A stretch of DNA of 64,000 bases from Lama guanicoe (taxonomy: Eukaryota): assembly GCA_013239625.1 (NCBI GenBank), contig MU054117.1, positions 4,578,677-4,642,676 on the forward strand, in the 5' to 3' direction. Below, one piece after another: positions 54,761 through 64,000 of the stretch. The notes under the pieces are model-generated. The model ran no database searches and was not told where the DNA came from. It worked only from the letters and a program-made list of their open reading frames with translations. A program made the position numbers and the translations under genes. Numbering within the stretch: the first letter of the stretch is position 1; each line of letters opens with the position of its first letter.

Positions 54761-56259
54761 TTTTTTTAATTTTAGGAAAAGAATAAGGGACCTAAGGCTA
54801 CCACGCACACAGACCTTTCTGCATTTAAGAGCTCAGTGCTGCATCCAGTCCCAACCCTCCACTCCCTTGACCTGAGCAGTGTATGATGTTCTGACATTTC
54901 TTCTTTTCCTGGGCAGCCCTGGACATTGGCCAACAGAGTGCCTGTCCTAGGCCTGCAGCAGGAGAGGAGAGAGGTGTATCTAAAGCTCAGACAAGCCCCT
55001 TCACCCTTTTGTGAGCCCCACTCCTGGGCACACTCCTGACCAGGACCCCAGCTCCTCCACTAGGAGCCAGTCCAGCCAGTCAGAGCAAACAGATTAAGGA
55101 TGTATGCTGAACAGGGCGCTCCAGGGCGGAGGTGTGCATGGTGCCCAGGTGACCTCCCTCAAGACAGCAAGTCAGCCCCTCATGCCTAGAGAGGCATTCC
55201 TGAGTCACAAGGAGGCAGTGTGGTTGCTGGAATGAGCTGGGACCCAGACTCAGGACCCCTGGACTCTAGGCTGTCTCTGCCATGGACTGGCTATGAGACA
55301 TGGAGGAGCCATAAATCCGTATAGTCCAGAAATATGTGCTGGACATGCAGTCTGTGCTGGACTCTGTATGAAGCTCCTGGAGCCAGACTTACAGATTCAG
55401 GGCAGGCCGTTGCAGCAGATGGCGAGCTGGGGTCATGGGGAGCAGCCTGCGTGGGGGCTGTGCAGCCTGGGGTGGGGTGCTTTCCAGAGCCCTAGTGACC
55501 CTCAAGGACAGTTAGTAGTTAGCCAGGAGCACAGAAACTTGGCGACCAGAGAGACTGGCATAGGGCACAATGGGGTGCTGTTAATAGCTTGCAGGGAAAT
55601 GGGGGGAAGCAAGACGGCAGGGACGAGACCAAGCCCTCCTAGGATCCTAGTCTTGTCTACCTGGCAACCTGGTTTGTCTCCTCATTCTTAAGGCGAGGGG
55701 GCTGGACTGGTGGGCTGCCAGTTCCCTCCAGTTCAAAGGGGTTCAAAGGCTTCTGGGTGAGAGGCCGGGACTGAGGGCAGTGGCTGCCCAGCCCCAGCCC
55801 AGCTGCCTTGCTCCTGGGAACACGGCGTACACGTGCTCCACGTTCTCTGAGGATGGGGAGCAGGGGCCTCTGCACCCTCTGGAGGGACTCATAGGTGACC
55901 TGGGTACCATAATGTGCGGGCTGGGTTGGGTCAGGGATGGGAGGGCTGGCTGGCTTGTGACTCTTTTATAGTTTGTCTTAAAAAGTCACACAACAGGGTG
56001 GGAACCCGGGAGCCTAGACAGCCTGCCAACTTGGACTGCTGCTTCCCAGATGCTGGCCTGGCTGGCTGTCCCAGGCTCTCCGAGGGTCTCTCGAGAGACC
56101 TCCAAGTTTGACTGTCCCAGGCCCCTCCATTTTTTGGATCTGGTGCCTGTCTGGAACGCCATCTGTTCCCGGGTCAGCTCCGCCCCAGCTAGGCTCTCCA
56201 GGGCCCATCCGAGGATCGTCCACTGGCTCTGCTGCCCTTTCCCACCAGCTGAGCCTGGT

Positions 56260-61961
<5,702 letters not shown>

Positions 61962-62590
61962 CAGCGCCAAGGACCCAATTTGTCACCCGCGCCTGACGGA
62001 GTCTGGGAGAAGCCAGGAGAAGGGAGGCTGCCCTACCCACACAGGACTGACAGAGGGCCTGGGTAGGGGCCCCGAGAGGTGGACCCTGAGGGGCTGGGCC
62101 TCAGACATGTCCCTGAGAGCAGGGCTGGCACTGGCTGGGTACCGTGCCCGTCGCAGGACTCACCTCCGCCTGAGCAGGCCTGAGACTCCGCAGCAGAACC
62201 CTGCCCCCTGGGGCAGTACCAGCTGGGCTTCAGGCCCGGCCAAGGCACGCGACGCTAACAGCTGCCCCACTGGCATCCACACCCCGAGCATGGCACGGAA
62301 GGGAGCCAGCCACGTGGTCACTGCAAGGACATCGCCGGGACCGCTGGCAGATTCATGGTGCTCATGCCCAAGCTTCAGAGGCCCTTCGTGGGCCCACACT
62401 TCGCACGGACCAAAGTGGACCCTACATGAGGCTGGAGTGACTCAGAGGACCACACTCCCCTCCCTTCCTAGACAGGAGAGAGGCTGTGACCTCCTTATAA
62501 CCGGGGGTTGGGGTGGGGTTCTAGGTATAGGGGAAAGTTTTGGAGGAGGAGGGACGTGGCGAGTGTATTTATAAATTGTAACCACATGCA

Positions 62591-62596
62591 AATAAA
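62591..62596 (+). terminator. LTBR poly(A) signal
   Basis: AATAAA about 630 nt after the stop codon, with upstream TGTA. Confidence 0.8.
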
Positions 62597-63186
62597 GAAG
62601 AGATTGATCATTTATCTCCTTGGGATTTATAGAGAAAGGCTGTTCCCTAATTCCACGAGGCATTTCTATGAGGGGCTGGTACATGGAATTCGTGTGATGA
62701 CAGTTTGGCCAGTGATCGCATACAGTGTGGCAGGCAGAGCTCTCAATGCTGTACAAGCTCATCCTATGCAACCCTCACAAGACCCCGAGGAGGCAGCTAC
62801 AATGATGATTCCCATCTAACAAGTGGGGAGACAGGCCCAGGGAGGGAGTCACCTGCCCAGTTCAACTGCAAATGGCACAGTGGGGACGTGCACCCATGAG
62901 GCTCTCTTGGGTAAAAACTTCGCAACCGCACCCTTACAGAACTTCTTGGAACAGGTAAAATGGGCTGTTTTCCTCAAATAATCAGACTTTTCTGCAAATC
63001 CTGTAGGCATTAAGTCTCAGCCAATTCTCAAACCCCCAGACTCAAGGCTAAGTGCAAAAGTGTTTGGCAAAAGCTGGATGAAGGGAAAGGTATATGCTTT
63101 AGACACAAAGTGAGAGGCGAGGTTCACATTCTGCCGGTGAAGAAATCGTGGCCGACGTGACTTTTACTTTATTTCTTCTTGTCTTG

Positions 63187-63618
63187 CAGGCATATCTTGC
63201 TTTATTGTGTCTCACTTTATTGCATTTTTTTACAAATTGAAGCAACCCTGCATTATTGATGATGATTAGCATTTTTTTTAAAGCAAGTACACTGAATTTT
63301 TTTTAATTTAAATTTTATTGTATTATTATTTTTTTTAATGGAGGTACTGGGGATTGAACCCATAACCTCATGCATGCTAGGCATACGCTGTACCACTGAG
63401 CTATACCCTCCCCACAATGGTTAGCATTTTTTAGCAATAAAGTAGTTTTAAATTAAGTCATGTGCATTAGTTTTTAGACATAATGCTACTGCACACTTAA
63501 CAGATTACAGTCTAGTGTACACATAACTTTTATATGCCCCGGGAAACCAAAAGATTCATATGACTGGCTTTATCGCAGTGGTCAGGGACTAAACCTGCAA
63601 TATCTCCGAGTATGCCTC
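63187..63618 (+). mobile_element. Tigger1-derived internally deleted DNA transposon interrupted by a SINE
   Basis: Terminal inverted repeats caggcata / tatgcct; tttacaaattgaag..caaccctgc; ttagcattttttagcaataaagta..gacataatgcta..gggaaaccaaaa. Confidence 0.85.
63297..63413 (-). mobile_element. tRNA-derived SINE (Vic-1-like) nested in Tigger1
   Basis: A and B boxes on minus; flanking direct repeats atgattagcatttttt (63262) / atggttagcatttttt (63417). Confidence 0.88.
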
Positions 63619-64000
63619 TATTTTCTTTTTTCCCGAAAAGAACTTTAAATCTTCTCAACTCTCTTATTGTTTGGGAATGTTTGGGCCGCCAGGATTTATC
63701 TACCATTCTGTCCAGTAGAGACGATCCTAGCTTGAAGGATTGGGAGGGGAGCTGCCGCCGGCCGACCGCTCCTTCCATAAAAGGCCACCGTCTGGGTCTA
63801 GTGTTATGATTCCGATTCTGTTGCTGGGGCTTCTCAAGGTGCAGAGGCTACACAGCACACACTCCAGGAGTCGTCTGATCCAGCTGAGTGGCTGGGTTAT
63901 TTAAGGTCGACCTTGAAAGTATTCGAATCCCACTTCCTTTTTTGAGAAGTAAATAATATGAGCTGTATCTTTAGATGCAGAGTTAAATCCTCCTGCTCTT

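Overview
This is mammalian (eutherian) genomic DNA, not prokaryotic. It is the conserved PLEKHG6(+) -> <- TNFRSF1A(-) <- SCNN1A(-) | LTBR(+) block (human 12p13.31 synteny). I built exon models by hand from splice sites and reading-frame phase: the last 8 coding exons of PLEKHG6 (506 aa in the window), complete TNFRSF1A (10 exons, 445 aa), complete SCNN1A/alpha-ENaC (12 coding exons, 649 aa from MKGDK) and complete LTBR (10 exons, 421 aa). All four frames are intact. Eight copies of a tRNA-derived SINE resembling camelid Vic-1, with no ruminant or pig SINEs that I recognise, suggest a camelid (inference). Introns carry L1, L2, MIR, MaLR/ERVL LTR, MER20, MER104 and Tigger1 remnants. I see no CRISPR array and no wholly new gene system. 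The best leads are fine-scale. (1) A two-stranded exon where SCNN1A exon 1A overlaps, antisense, an alternative LTBR first exon that would give a receptor without a signal peptide. (2) A Ser->Gly change in the alpha-ENaC pore-lining segment. (3) A GC splice donor in SCNN1A with a competing out-of-frame GT donor 5 nt upstream. (4) A compound minisatellite in the TNFRSF1A 3'UTR. (5) A duplicated SCNN1A poly(A) signal with a SINE inserted at the predicted cleavage site. (6) A candidate L1 3' transduction. Comparisons with human or other orthologues are from memory and need checking by alignment.
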